Shown: piece after piece, positions 1 through 10,975 of the stretch
How the letters are laid out: every line of letters begins with the position of its first letter
How positions within the stretch are numbered: the stretch's first letter is position 1
Origin: an uncultured Leptospirales bacterium
GTDB taxonomy: Bacteria > Spirochaetota > UBA4802 > UBA5550
Length of the DNA stretch: 64,000 nucleotides
Reading direction: 5' to 3'
Assembly (NCBI GenBank): GCA_964439325.1
Contig: CAYTNW010000002.1
Coordinates: 31,821 to 95,820 of the forward strand
The notes under the pieces: generated by a model
What the model was told of the DNA's origin: nothing
What the model saw: the letters and a program-made list of their open reading frames with translations, nothing else
Database searches by the model: none
Made by a program: the position numbers and the translations under genes

Positions 1-234
1 TCTCCTGACATCCCGAGGAAAATATCTTATGAACCTGCAAATGAATTTCATGATATCTTCAGAAAAAAATTCGGTGCAACTTGCTGCCGGGTGCTGGTGA
101 AGGATGAATTCGGTACTCCGGGTCAGGCTGAGAGATGTAACTATATTATTACAGAAAGCGCCGTTCTGCTCTTAAATTTTCTGGTAGAGAGGGGAATTGT
201 TGCGGAGGATAGTTGTGATAAAAAAGCTTTATGA
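1..234 (+). CDS. C-terminal end of a gene entering from upstream (Cys-containing, possibly C_GCAxxG_C_C-type redox protein)
   Basis: Frame 1 is open from base 1 to TGA at 232-234. Translation: ...FGATCCRVLVKDEFGTPGQAERCNYIITESAVLLLNFLVERGIVAEDSCDKKAL. Family assignment rests only on remembered motif layout. Confidence 0.35.
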   Translation, partial: SPDIPRKISYEPANEFHDIFRKKFGATCCRVLVKDEFGTPGQAERCNYIITESAVLLLNFLVERGIVAEDSCDKKAL

Positions 235-277
235 AGATTTACGTCAGACGATAATAAACAGTGACAGGGGATTGATA

Positions 278-1015
278 CTACTTTGGATTTATTGAAATAA
301 TTCTGATATTACCTTCGACGGATTTTATCCATATCTCACCTGTACCGATCATCAGCCCCTTTGAACTTGCCTGAACATCGGCCAGCGGCTGGCTGATTAC
401 AGAGTTTTTAACCTTATTGTTGAAGATGGTATCATACTCCTTTATAAAAGAACCAGGTTCGCTTATTTTTACCTTCTTTTTATTTATTACAACATTCAAG
501 GGATAAGAAACCATACCAGAAATCTTTTCAACGGAATTGGTTTTTACATAATTTTTTAAATCCAGTATAAAATCATCAGCCGGTTTATCATCCTCGAAAC
601 CGGCTGAAGCAAACCTGTCGCTATGTGATCTGCTGATATCGATTAATCTGTTTATTATTACATTCCCCCCTGTTTCCGGGTCCGGAACTGTTTCTTCAGA
701 ATAGTTGATAAAAAAACGAAGATTTACAAAATCAGGATTAGTTACGTATTCATTGTCCGTAAGTGTAATCAGATTTTTTCCTGCTTCCTGAATTTTACTG
801 ATATCCGCATAAAGTTCAATATATAGAGAGTCATCAAGTTTTCTGAAGACCAGTTTCCATTCATTTTCATATATCTGCTCGGCACTTTTATAAACAGCGA
901 CTGTCTGTAGAGTCATTTCAGGAACTGTATTGTTTATAACTGTTTTCTTAATATTGCCGGAGCAAGAAATCAGCAGCAGTACAGGTATCAGTAAATATAA
1001 CAATTTCTTTTTCAT
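278..1015 (-). CDS. lipoprotein of unknown function
   Basis: 245-aa ORF. N-terminus MKKKLLYLLIPVLLLISCSG has a signal peptide plus lipobox Cys. Confidence 0.65.
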   Translation of the reverse strand: MKKKLLYLLIPVLLLISCSGNIKKTVINNTVPEMTLQTVAVYKSAEQIYENEWKLVFRKLDDSLYIELYADISKIQEAGKNLITLTDNEYVTNPDFVNLRFFINYSEETVPDPETGGNVIINRLIDISRSHSDRFASAGFEDDKPADDFILDLKNYVKTNSVEKISGMVSYPLNVVINKKKVKISEPGSFIKEYDTIFNNKVKNSVISQPLADVQASSKGLMIGTGEIWIKSVEGNIRIISINPK

Positions 1016-1088
1016 CTTATTGGATTGCCCGGAGTTTTAATATTTATTAACAGTTTGATGAAGAACAGGAAACTGCTTGAAACCGGTT

Positions 1089-1116
1089 CTGAAAAGCCAC
1101 TCATGTACTTTTTCAG
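1089..1116. repeat. copy of palindromic motif CTGAAAAG-N11-CTTTTTCAG (family also at 2583, 23640, 36795)
   Basis: ctgaaaagccactcatgtactttttcag, preceded by gaaaccggtt. The reverse complement matches 23640-23680 (ctgaaaaagtcccatcagtggtctttttcagtaccggtttc). Confidence 0.6.
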
Positions 1117-1409
1117 GATACTGTCATGAATAAAGTAATACTTTTTAAAAAATCTGAAAATTAAAAAAAGTGAATTTTGAAAACTTACTATTTTCGGATA
1201 AGTTGTCAAGCAATAAGTATTACCGGATACCCTTTAATAGTGTCAGTAGCAAATTCCTGAAACCGGTTCTAAACCGATGTAGATCTGAAGTTTGCAAACC
1301 TGTTTTGTTACACTAAACGCGGACTCCTTGCTGAATATGAATAAAATTTTTATTGAATATTATATAACAAATTCTACGCTGATCTTTCAGTGAAATACCG
1401 GAGAGTATT

Positions 1410-1757
1410 ATGATTCAGATTTTTGGTACAAAAAAATGTAAAGAAACCGCAAAGGCTCTGAGGTTTTTTAAAGAAAGAAATATAAGGGTCCATTTTGTAG
1501 ATCTTGCTGATAAAGGGATCAGTAAAGGAGAACTGCAGAATATATCAAAATCGGTTTCGCTTCCCGACCTGTTAGATCCCGACAGCAGAGAATTCCAGAA
1601 ATTGAATCTGAAATATATGAAATTCGATATTGAGGAGAAGCTGCTTGAACATCCCCTGCTGATTAAAACGCCGGTAGTTCGTTCAGGTAAAAAAGTCTCA
1701 TGCGGATCTAGGCCCGATTTCTGGGCTGAAATAGCTCTGGAAGAGAAGGGACAGTAA
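1410..1757 (+). CDS. ArsC/Spx/YffB-family thioredoxin-fold protein
   Basis: 115 aa. MIQIFGTKKCKETAKALRFFKERNIRVHFVDL... and ...LLIKTPVVRSGKKVSCG match the ArsC-family layout. Confidence 0.75.
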   Translation: MIQIFGTKKCKETAKALRFFKERNIRVHFVDLADKGISKGELQNISKSVSLPDLLDPDSREFQKLNLKYMKFDIEEKLLEHPLLIKTPVVRSGKKVSCGSRPDFWAEIALEEKGQ

Positions 1758-1801
1758 GGCCGGATATATTATGCAAACTAAATGAGAGAGCCTCTAACCG
1801 T

Positions 1802-2422
1802 TTAATCGTAGTTAATTTTTATAAGTTTGCTTTTTATCCATTTTATTGTAATATAAAGGGCAACAATAGCTGCAATAAGAATGACAATGGCGATTTTTGT
1901 TTCATGCATCCAGTGCAGTAAAAGTTCCCTGTTTTTCGATCCGTAATAACCGAGATAGTTCCATATCGGAACGCTTATAAGTGCAGCAAAACCGTCAATT
2001 AGTATAAAAGTTGGAAATCCTGCAACTTTTGTTATCCCTGCTGTAAGAAAGATCGGTGTACGGAGACCAGGCATAAATCTAGCTGAAAAAAGAACAATTT
2101 TACCGTTCTCATTGAAACTTTTAAGTATTGTATCGAACCATCCCTTATTGAGGACTTTTTGACCGATTTTTTTACTGAATATTCTTTTTCCGAAAAACCT
2201 TCCGATGCTGTACACCGTCAGGTCTCCGATTAAAACTCCTAAAAATGATACCAGGCACATCACATGTACATTCCCATATCCAAGCCCTGCAATGATACCT
2301 CCGGCAATTATTGAGATGTCTTCCGGAATTGGAACTCCGAAACCGCACAAAATGAGCATACCGAATACCGATAAATACCCTGATGAGGAGTAAAAACTTA
2401 TTACATTATCAAGTGATACCAA
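1802..2422 (-). CDS. DedA family (SNARE-associated) inner-membrane protein
   Basis: 206 aa, multi-TM. GVPIPEDISIIAGGIIAGLG and FSARFMPGLRTPIFLTAG are typical DedA motifs. Confidence 0.8.
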   Translation of the reverse strand: MVSLDNVISFYSSSGYLSVFGMLILCGFGVPIPEDISIIAGGIIAGLGYGNVHVMCLVSFLGVLIGDLTVYSIGRFFGKRIFSKKIGQKVLNKGWFDTILKSFNENGKIVLFSARFMPGLRTPIFLTAGITKVAGFPTFILIDGFAALISVPIWNYLGYYGSKNRELLLHWMHETKIAIVILIAAIVALYITIKWIKSKLIKINYD

Positions 2423-2582
2423 AATTGACTCCGGGATAATTTTTTTAAAAACAATTTATGGCAGTTTCAAAGAAACTGCTGAAGATATAACTGTAAATCT
2501 GATACAGTCCTCTCACGGGCAGGTCCTTAACGATATAGGATAGCCCTGATAACCAGTTGTACTGCTATTATCGATGTAAATA

Positions 2583-2612
2583 CTTGAAAAAGCCACAGAT
2601 GGACTTTTTCAG
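2583..2612. repeat. copy of palindromic motif CTTGAAAAAG-N11-CTTTTTCAG
   Basis: cttgaaaaagccacagatggactttttcag. The loop ccacagatgga matches ccacggatgga at 36803-36813. Confidence 0.55.
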
Positions 2613-3149
2613 TAGACTGTTAAGATAGAAACTGTTATATCTATGCTGTAATTGCAAGAAAACTTTTTATCAATTTGAAATATATTTCAATAAAAGGTAC
2701 TATCGAATCTTTATCGTATTCAGTCAATATGTTATTTGTAATATACATTTTATTTAATCTGTCAAAATTCAAGCATTATAAGGCAGAAATAGAATAAAAC
2801 TAAAAAATTCAGCAATTGATATCGGGACAATTTTTTAAATATGCCAAAAAAATCTACTTGCTTAAAGTGCTGTAATTATTTTTAAGTAACATTGTTATTT
2901 TCTGATATTCATTTATCTGAATTTTTCATAAAAACGTATTAATTCATTTATTCAAACAGTCTCCCGTTTTTCAGAAAACTGCGAGTCTAATGAATCCAGT
3001 GGTTGATTGAGGGGGATTTTATCCCTGAAACCTGGTGAAATAATAACGAATACTCTGAGTAGTATCCGGTAAAAAATGCCGGAAATGCCTGATCTCTTCC
3101 TTAAAAAAGTTATCAATTATTAAGAAAAAAATAGAAGAAGTGGATATAT

Positions 3150-5891
3150 ATGTTTCTTAAGTCAATGGATATGTTCGGTTTCAAATCTTTTGCTGATAAA
3201 ACTCACGTGGAGTTTGAGTCCGGAATTACAGCAATAGTGGGGCCTAACGGGTGCGGTAAATCGAACGTTGTAGATGCTGTAAAATGGGTTCTCGGTGAAA
3301 AACAGGCGAAGAATATCCGCGGTCAGACGATGGAGGATATTATCTTTTCCGGTACCGACCAGAGGAAACCGCTGTCGCTGGCGGAGGTGGCTCTGACCAT
3401 TGATAATACAAACAGAATCCTCGATTTTGATTCCGATGCTGTTACAGTAAGCAGACGTATATTCCGTGACGGCGAATCGGAATATCTGATCAACAAATCT
3501 CCCGTCAGGCTGAAAGATATTGATAAGCTTTTCATGGATACAGGAATTGGAAAGTCGGCATATTCGGTTCTGGAACAGGGGAAGATGGACCTGATACTCT
3601 CAACCAAAGCTGAAGACAGAAGATACCTGTTCGAAGAGGCTGCGGGGATATCAAGATTTAAAATGCAGAAGAAGGAATCTCTTAAGAAACTCCAGGATAC
3701 AGGTGAAAACCTTAACAGGCTGAACGATATCATAAAAGAGATAGACAGGGAGAAAGAGCTGAAATCGAAACAGGCTGAGAAAACAAAAGAGTTTCTCAAC
3801 CTGAAGGGTAAACTCTCCGACCTGGATATAAAACTGAACATCATCAAATACAGAGAGATCGTAAAGAAGTTTGAAAAAAACCAGGCCGATATCGATAAAC
3901 TGCAGAAAGACAGAGAAGAGATCGTCGGCAGGGTGAGTGCCACTTCCGCTGAAAACGAAAAGGATGAAGAGAAAAAAAATGACCTTCAGTTTCAGCTGTT
4001 TGAGATAGAGAAAAAACTGGACGCATACAGGCTGCGGAAAGAGACCATTGACCAGACCACCGAAAAAAACAGAAGACTGGTTGAAGAACACCAGGGAAGA
4101 AAAAAGAACATAATCAAAAAACTTGAGGAGAGGGGTGAGAGCCTTGAACGTCTTCTTGCTGAGAAAAAGAAAAATGAGGAGACCGCAGTTGACCTGAAAG
4201 AGAAGATTACCGAGGATAAAAAGAGACTCGGGGAGTCTTTTGAAAACAGAAAAAAGAAGATCGATTCGATACATGCCTCAAGAGATAAAATTGACGAAAA
4301 TAACGGTAAAATCAGGAATAATGAAGCGACTCTGAAAAAGCTCCGCGAAGCGCTTGAAGTTGTAATCAGAAAACTCGTTGACGCAATAGAGAAGAGAAAG
4401 ATTGAACTCGAAGATTCAGAGCGTGAAAGAGAGGATGTAAAACGTCTTATTGAAAGTGAACTCAGCCAGATCGAGATGGACCTCAATAATGCGATTGATG
4501 AACTTAAGTTGAGGTCATTCGACAGGGCGTGGATGTTTCTTGAAAAGATAAACGTGAACAGCCTCAAGAGCAATATTTACAAGTTTGAAAGTTATGAAGA
4601 CGGTTTCAGATCGATATTGTTCGACAAGACCGGTATTCATGCCGAGAAGGAGAACCTCGATAAGAGGATCAGGGAACTTGTACTTGAAGTGGACGAGCTC
4701 AGGGCCGATAACGGAATGCTTGATGAGTTCATACAGAACGAGCAGAAGGAACTTGAAAACATCAATGCGATGATCACCAGGATCGAGAGAGACCTCGCAA
4801 GATATGAAAATGACAGCAACTGGATTGAAAAGAACCTCCAGTCGCTTATCCACCAGATCGATGATGTGAAGAAGCAGATTGAGAACTTCAACGAAGAGAA
4901 TGCCCGAACAGACAAGATGATCGATGAGCTGAACAGGGAGATCAAGGAGTCTGAAGACCGGCTTATACAGTTTAATGAAAAGAGCGAAGCGCTGAAGGCA
5001 AGCGTCAATGAGCTTATCACCCGCAGAAGTGAAATAGAGAACAATATTATAAAGCGAAAAACCGAATCGAGGAAGGATGAAGAGGAACTGGCAAAAGCCC
5101 TCGAAAAAATCAATGTTATGGAGAGAAACGGCGTTGAGCTTTCATTCAAGAGGGACAGTATACAGGATTATCTCTGGACCGAATATGAAAAAAAGGTTAC
5201 TGAACTAAGCGAGCTCAAACTCAACGAGACGATGGCAAACGATTTTCAGAATGAGATCCAGGAGCTGAAGAAAAAGATACAGGACCTCGGGCCGATAAAC
5301 AATCTGGCGATCCAGGAGTTCCGTGATTTAAAAAAGAGATTCGAATACTATCTCGATCAGAGAAGCGATATTGAAAAGGCGAGGCAGGATATTCTCTCGG
5401 TAATTGAGGAGATTAATAAAACCTCTGTAGACCTTTTCATGAGCACGTTTAACGATATACAGAAGAATTTTTCAGATATGTTTAAAAGACTCTTCGAAGG
5501 GGGCGAGGCTTTTCTTGAGATGGTTGATCTTGACAATGTTCTCGACAGCGGAATTGATATAATGGTCAGGCCTCCCGGAAAGAAATTTAAAAATATCAAT
5601 CTCCTGTCAGGCGGGGAGAGGGCTCTGACCGCAATTGCCCTTTTATTCGCGACTTATATGGTAAAACCCTCGCCATTCTGTTTTCTTGATGAGATAGATG
5701 CGCCTCTTGACGAACAGAACATACAGAGGTTTATCAAGATGTTGAGGGAGTTTTCCAAGAGTACACAGTTTATTATTGTGACCCATAATAAAAAGACGAT
5801 GAATATCAGCGAGTCTATCTACGGTGTAACAATGGAAGATCCGGGTGTTTCGAAACTCGTCTCGATAAAAATGGACAGGATAGAGATGTAG
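3150..5891 (+). CDS. smc: chromosome segregation ATPase SMC (short, hinge-poor form)
   Basis: 913 aa. N-terminal MFGFKSFADKT...GPNGCGKSN (Walker A), long K/E-rich coiled coils, C-terminal LSGGERALTAIALLFA signature and FCFLDEIDAPLD Walker B. Confidence 0.9.
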   Translation: MFLKSMDMFGFKSFADKTHVEFESGITAIVGPNGCGKSNVVDAVKWVLGEKQAKNIRGQTMEDIIFSGTDQRKPLSLAEVALTIDNTNRILDFDSDAVTVSRRIFRDGESEYLINKSPVRLKDIDKLFMDTGIGKSAYSVLEQGKMDLILSTKAEDRRYLFEEAAGISRFKMQKKESLKKLQDTGENLNRLNDIIKEIDREKELKSKQAEKTKEFLNLKGKLSDLDIKLNIIKYREIVKKFEKNQADIDKLQKDREEIVGRVSATSAENEKDEEKKNDLQFQLFEIEKKLDAYRLRKETIDQTTEKNRRLVEEHQGRKKNIIKKLEERGESLERLLAEKKKNEETAVDLKEKITEDKKRLGESFENRKKKIDSIHASRDKIDENNGKIRNNEATLKKLREALEVVIRKLVDAIEKRKIELEDSEREREDVKRLIESELSQIEMDLNNAIDELKLRSFDRAWMFLEKINVNSLKSNIYKFESYEDGFRSILFDKTGIHAEKENLDKRIRELVLEVDELRADNGMLDEFIQNEQKELENINAMITRIERDLARYENDSNWIEKNLQSLIHQIDDVKKQIENFNEENARTDKMIDELNREIKESEDRLIQFNEKSEALKASVNELITRRSEIENNIIKRKTESRKDEEELAKALEKINVMERNGVELSFKRDSIQDYLWTEYEKKVTELSELKLNETMANDFQNEIQELKKKIQDLGPINNLAIQEFRDLKKRFEYYLDQRSDIEKARQDILSVIEEINKTSVDLFMSTFNDIQKNFSDMFKRLFEGGEAFLEMVDLDNVLDSGIDIMVRPPGKKFKNINLLSGGERALTAIALLFATYMVKPSPFCFLDEIDAPLDEQNIQRFIKMLREFSKSTQFIIVTHNKKTMNISESIYGVTMEDPGVSKLVSIKMDRIEM

Positions 5892-6185
5892 AGAGACTGT
5901 ATCTATGGCATTATGCCGGGATGCAGCCTCTTCAGATTTTATCCCGCAAAGTTATGTATAATTAATGCTCCGCATATTAGCATTTCAAAAATCAGATCAA
6001 AATATCACTTCATTACAGTTAGTATCTTCAATAATGATGAAAAAAGGCATATATGGGCTTTTTTTGGCGAATTTTAAGGGAATTTCCAGTATAATTAATT
6101 GACAAATTACTTTCTTTTATTTAACTTTGTAACAGGAGTAATATATTCAAAAAAAAATATATATAGACACAATGGAAGGTGTAAA

Positions 6186-6743
6186 ATGAAAGTAACAGTT
6201 GATGGAATACTCGGTTCCGCCCAGAAGATTAACAATAAGAAAAAAACAGATGAATCAGAACTGAAGCAGAATACAAAAAGCATAAAATCTGATTCCGTTG
6301 AAATCAGTAAAGTCATTAATTCGAGAATTGAAGCTCTTGGGAAAGAGGTAAAAGAGATCCAGATCTCTCTTACAAAAAATCAGATATTACGCGACGGAAT
6401 TGACAAGCTGGTAAATGCTTCATCCGGCAGCGATGCTGAAAAAATATTGAATGAAACCACTTTCAATGATAAAAAAATCTTAAAAGATTTTATCGGGGCG
6501 GATTATACTCCCCAGACAGTGGAGACAAAGAAAAATGAACTGAAAACTCTCATTTCAAATGATATTAACGCTCTTACGAAGATACAGGTTGAGATGGACA
6601 ACTTTATTGCCTCCGACATTACCGGTACAAAAAAAGTTGAAAACCTGATGGCCGGTGTAAGCGATACGCTTAAGAAAGCGCCGGGAGGGCTTGATCATAT
6701 TTCAAGGCTTGATGCTGACAAGGTGATGAGACTTGTAAAATAG
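6186..6743 (+). CDS. hypothetical protein (helical, K/E/D-rich)
   Basis: ATG at 6186 lies behind GGAAGGTG. The upstream extension of the tracked ORF (from 6099) is AT-rich and non-protein-like. No recognisable family. Confidence 0.5.
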   Translation: MKVTVDGILGSAQKINNKKKTDESELKQNTKSIKSDSVEISKVINSRIEALGKEVKEIQISLTKNQILRDGIDKLVNASSGSDAEKILNETTFNDKKILKDFIGADYTPQTVETKKNELKTLISNDINALTKIQVEMDNFIASDITGTKKVENLMAGVSDTLKKAPGGLDHISRLDADKVMRLVK

Positions 6744-6786
6744 CTGTTTTCTGTTTAGATCCGGATTTTAAAATCAGATAATAAAG

Positions 6787-7443
6787 GTGCAGGCACCGGT
6801 TTATATGTTTAGAAGATTTATATATTTTTTTTTCATTTACACCTTTATTATCATTTCACCGGTGTTTGTATTCCCGCAGAATAATTCTGAAGCCGACACA
6901 ATGGTAATAAACAGCATCAACATAAGGGGTGAGAAAGGTGATATCGCCGCCGAGAGTGTTGATTTTGAATATGCCTCCAGATGGGCACACAGCATGCATC
7001 TTGTTCTTTTGCCGGATTCGCCTCCGGCCGTCGACAGCAGGGCCTTTTTGCTGACCCAGTACCAGACGGTCATCCCGGTCAGCGGTTATAAGAAGGACCT
7101 TTTGTACAGTATTTATTTCGATTTTTTCAAATTCAGCGAAAAAGACCTGCCGTTCAATACAATTCTTAAAATTTATGTAAGAGACATTTACGGTAATAAA
7201 AGGCTGATCGGAACAGCTGATTCTAGGAAAATGAAAGAGAAAAAAATATTTGAAGTTTCTGTCCCTTTTGATTTGTCATATCCGGGTAAGTTTGATATTA
7301 TTCTGAATGAATATTCGGAGAAAACCGGAAACTGGGGGATCTGGGATATTATTATAAGTTCAAAAAAGTTAAATGAAATAGAGATAATACCGGCGGATTC
7401 TACAGAAAAAATCAAGGAGATTGAACTAAAAATTTTTAAATAA
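6787..7443 (+). CDS. hypothetical secreted protein
   Basis: 218-aa ORF (GTG 6787; alternative ATG 6805 gives MFRRFIYFFFIYTFIIISPVFVFPQ signal-like N-terminus). No family recognised. Confidence 0.5.
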   Translation: MQAPVYMFRRFIYFFFIYTFIIISPVFVFPQNNSEADTMVINSINIRGEKGDIAAESVDFEYASRWAHSMHLVLLPDSPPAVDSRAFLLTQYQTVIPVSGYKKDLLYSIYFDFFKFSEKDLPFNTILKIYVRDIYGNKRLIGTADSRKMKEKKIFEVSVPFDLSYPGKFDIILNEYSEKTGNWGIWDIIISSKKLNEIEIIPADSTEKIKEIELKIFK

Positions 7444-7564
7444 GCTGTAAAATCTTTTGACAAAAAAAGTTCCTTTTTTTTTGCTATTCGGAGCGTGCCC
7501 GCATAATGTGCATTTTGCGGGCGTCAGAAAATACAAAATCATCATTAAAAGGATGGGTATAACA

Positions 7565-7852
7565 ATGGGTGACGATTATATAGAAAAAGATTTGGATGAT
7601 CAAGTATATGAAGACGACTATTATGAGGAAAATTATAACGAAGAGGAGTTAAGAGACTCCGATGACTTTTTAGATGATGATGACGATTTCAGTGAAGGTG
7701 GAGACCGTAAAGTCCATATAAGTTATGCCTGCGAAGACTGTGATTACAGATGGGATGATGTACTTGTCAGAAAGAAGCATGATATTGATGAGGATATGGA
7801 GAGAGATGTTGTCTGCCCGATGTGCGGATCGATCAGTATTACCCTGATATGA
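7565..7852 (+). CDS. small highly acidic protein with C-terminal zinc ribbon
   Basis: [42 protein letters not shown]... then CEDC...x26...CPMC. AAGGA lies ~12 nt upstream of ATG 7565 (alternative ATG 7553). The stop TGA overlaps the uvrA ATG (ATGA at 7849-7852). Confidence 0.55.
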   Translation: MGDDYIEKDLDDQVYEDDYYEENYNEEELRDSDDFLDDDDDFSEGGDRKVHISYACEDCDYRWDDVLVRKKHDIDEDMERDVVCPMCGSISITLI

Positions 7853-10668
7853 AAGACAGAAAAATTATTATAAAGGGAGCACGGGAGCATAATCTAAAAA
7901 ACATTTCACTTGAGATTCCAAGAGACCAGCTGGTTGTGATAACCGGGCTTTCAGGATCGGGTAAATCATCGCTCGCTTTTGATACGATTTATGCGGAGGG
8001 GCAGAGGAGATATGTCGAATCGCTCTCCGCTTACGCAAGACAGTTCCTCGGCCTTATGGAGAAACCGGACGTGGATTTTATCGACGGTTTATCTCCTGCA
8101 ATATCCATTGAACAGAAAACCACGCACAGAAATCCGAGATCAACAGTCGGGACTGTAACGGAAATTTACGATTACTACAGGCTCCTCTATGCAAGGATTG
8201 GCATACCGTACTGCCACAACTGCGGAAAGAAAATATCATCGCAGTCGGTTGACCAGATCGTCGAATCTATTCTTACTCTTAAAAAAAATTCAAAATGCCA
8301 GATACTTGCTCCTCTTGTGAGAGGGAAAAAGGGTGAACACGCTGATTTCATTGAACAGGCGCGTAAAAAAGGATTTGTACGACTCAGGGTTGATGGTGAG
8401 TTCCGTACGGTTGAAGAGGATATAATTCTCGAAAAACAGAAAAAGCACACAATAGAAATTGTTGTAGATAGAATCGTGATCAAAGACGGCATCAGGCCGA
8501 GGCTCGCGGAGTCGGTTGAGACTGCAATGGAGCTGGGCAGCGGATTGATTACTGTACTCACTGACGAGAAGGAGCTTCTATACTCGGCGCAGCTGTCATG
8601 TCCCGAATGCGGAATCTCGGTACCGGAGCTTTCACCAAGAATGTTCTCATTCAACAGTCCGTACGGTGCTTGTCCGCAATGCGACGGACTCGGATACATT
8701 ATGCAGTTTGATCCGGAAAGGATAATCTCGGACCCGGACAAATCCCTGCTTGAGGGGGTAATGGATGTGTGGGGCAAGACCACCGGCTACTGGTACCTTG
8801 AGACGGTGCAGTCGCTTGCAAAAAGCCTGAACTTCAATCCTGATACGCCGTGGAAAGAACTCCCGCAAAAAGTGAAAAACATCATACTGTACGGATCGGG
8901 AAGGGACAAGGTCAATTATAATATCAAACGTGATGAATCTGAATTTAAATTTTCAAGATCTTTCGAGGGAGTGATCCCGAACCTCGAACGGAGATATAAA
9001 GAGACCAGTTCTGAAGACATGCAGATATGGATGGAGAAGTACATGTCGAATAATACATGTACGGCCTGTAACGGTAAAAGGCTCCGTCCTGAAAGCCTTT
9101 CTGTGAAGGTGGCTGAGCGCGGCATAAATGAAATCTCTTCGATGTCGATAAAAGATTCGTACAGATTTTTCAACACTATCAGGCTTGACCCCACCGAACA
9201 GAAAATCGCGGAACAGATTCTGAAAGAGATCAAAACAAGGCTCAAGTTTCTGAATGATGTAGGAATAGATTATCTTACGCTGGAGAGGCCGGCCGGTACA
9301 CTGTCGGGCGGTGAATCGCAGCGGATAAGGCTGGCAACTCAGATAGGGTCGGCTCTTACCGGCGTACTCTATGTTCTCGATGAACCGAGTATCGGGCTTC
9401 ATCAGAGAGATAACGAAATGCTGATGAAGACCCTGAAACACCTGAGGGATATCGGAAATACGGTTCTTGTCGTTGAACATGATGAAGACACGATACTGGA
9501 AGCGGATTACGTAGTAGACATGGGGCCGGGTGCAGGGGTTGAAGGGGGATATGTTGTCGCGGCTGGAACACCTGCCGAGATTAAGGCATGTTCCAAATCT
9601 CTTACCGGAAACTATCTGTCAGGCGTTAAGTCGATACCTGTACCGGCGGTGAGGAGAAAATACGATAAGTTTATAAGCATAAAAGGGGCGCGTGAAAACA
9701 ATCTGAAAAAGATCGATGTCGATTTTCCACTTGGAGTTTTCACCGCTGTAACCGGAGTGTCAGGATCGGGAAAATCTTCACTGGTAATTGAAATTCTGTA
9801 TAAGGCCCTCTCTGCCCTGAAGATGAAATCGAAGGAGTATCCGGGAGCTTTTGACGAAATATACGGGCTGGAAAACATAGATAAGGTCATTGATATCGAT
9901 CAGTCGGCAATAGGGAGGACTCCGAGATCAAATCCGGCCACCTATACAGGGCTTTTTACTCCGATACGCGAGCTCTTCGCCAAGCTTCCGGAATCGAAAA
10001 TCCGCGGTTATAAATCGGGAAGATTTTCGTTCAACGTTTCCGGGGGACGGTGTGAATCGTGTGAAGGGGACGGCGTAAAAAAGATAGAGATGAATTTTCT
10101 CCCGGATGTATACATTACATGCGATGTATGCAAGGGCAAGAGATACAATCACGAAACGCTCGAAGTGAGATTTAAGGGAAAGAATATTTTTGAAATTCTT
10201 GATATGACTGTTGATGAGGCGCTACCGTATTTTGACAGTTTCCCGGCAATAAATACAAAACTCGAAACACTTCAGAGGGTGGGGCTCGGTTATATAAAAC
10301 TCGGCCAGCCTGCGACAACACTTTCCGGCGGTGAGGCCCAGCGGATCAAGCTTGCAACCGAACTTTCAAAGCGGGCGACAGGAAAAACGGTATATATACT
10401 CGATGAACCGACCACCGGTCTGCACTTCGACGATATCAGTAAACTTATCGGAGTTCTGAATTCACTGGTCGATAAAGGGAACACTGTAATTGTAATAGAA
10501 CATAACCTTGATGTAATAAAAACCGCGGATCATGTGATTGATCTTGGGCCGGAGGGCGGCGATGCCGGCGGTACTGTGCTCGGTAAAGGCACTCCGGAAG
10601 AACTGAGCCGTGTCGCAAACTCATACACGGGGCAATTCCTCGCAAGGATGCTTAAAAACAGGAGATAA
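7849..10668 (+). CDS. uvrA: excinuclease ABC subunit A
   Basis: [55 protein letters not shown]. Two ABC signatures ([24 protein letters not shown]) and CxxC zinc modules. Confidence 0.95.
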   Translation: MKDRKIIIKGAREHNLKNISLEIPRDQLVVITGLSGSGKSSLAFDTIYAEGQRRYVESLSAYARQFLGLMEKPDVDFIDGLSPAISIEQKTTHRNPRSTVGTVTEIYDYYRLLYARIGIPYCHNCGKKISSQSVDQIVESILTLKKNSKCQILAPLVRGKKGEHADFIEQARKKGFVRLRVDGEFRTVEEDIILEKQKKHTIEIVVDRIVIKDGIRPRLAESVETAMELGSGLITVLTDEKELLYSAQLSCPECGISVPELSPRMFSFNSPYGACPQCDGLGYIMQFDPERIISDPDKSLLEGVMDVWGKTTGYWYLETVQSLAKSLNFNPDTPWKELPQKVKNIILYGSGRDKVNYNIKRDESEFKFSRSFEGVIPNLERRYKETSSEDMQIWMEKYMSNNTCTACNGKRLRPESLSVKVAERGINEISSMSIKDSYRFFNTIRLDPTEQKIAEQILKEIKTRLKFLNDVGIDYLTLERPAGTLSGGESQRIRLATQIGSALTGVLYVLDEPSIGLHQRDNEMLMKTLKHLRDIGNTVLVVEHDEDTILEADYVVDMGPGAGVEGGYVVAAGTPAEIKACSKSLTGNYLSGVKSIPVPAVRRKYDKFISIKGARENNLKKIDVDFPLGVFTAVTGVSGSGKSSLVIEILYKALSALKMKSKEYPGAFDEIYGLENIDKVIDIDQSAIGRTPRSNPATYTGLFTPIRELFAKLPESKIRGYKSGRFSFNVSGGRCESCEGDGVKKIEMNFLPDVYITCDVCKGKRYNHETLEVRFKGKNIFEILDMTVDEALPYFDSFPAINTKLETLQRVGLGYIKLGQPATTLSGGEAQRIKLATELSKRATGKTVYILDEPTTGLHFDDISKLIGVLNSLVDKGNTVIVIEHNLDVIKTADHVIDLGPEGGDAGGTVLGKGTPEELSRVANSYTGQFLARMLKNRR

Positions 10669-10975
10669 TTATCCTCGTACAAACCTCTGGACTTAAGATC
10701 TGTTATCCGGGTGGTGCTGTTTCATCCGGTATGTTTTAACAAAACTCATTTTTCACTACGGCTTTTACTGTTTTTCATGGAACTGCTAAAAAAAACCAAC
10801 AATTTTTGACAATGCTCCAGAAATTTATTATTTTAAACAAAATTATATATCATTAAGATTTTAGTTTAACAGGAATAGTTAAATTAAAATATTATGAATA
10901 TTTAGTTTTGAATTGTTAAGTAAATTTTGAATTCTTACAGAAATAAAAAATTTTTAAAAGAGGGCAGGTAATTAG

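Noticed and set aside
1012-1209. A 65-aa minus-strand ORF upstream of the lipoprotein gene.
   Set aside because: It is AT-rich with an F/I/K-biased translation, overlaps a palindromic motif copy, and has no start-site support.
3323-5599. Long minus-strand ORFs (206, 207, 193, 170, 112 aa and others) antisense to smc.
   Set aside because: They are low-complexity S/F/L-rich translations of the complement of K/E-rich coiled-coil codons, lack starts with an SD, and are fully nested in a well-supported gene.
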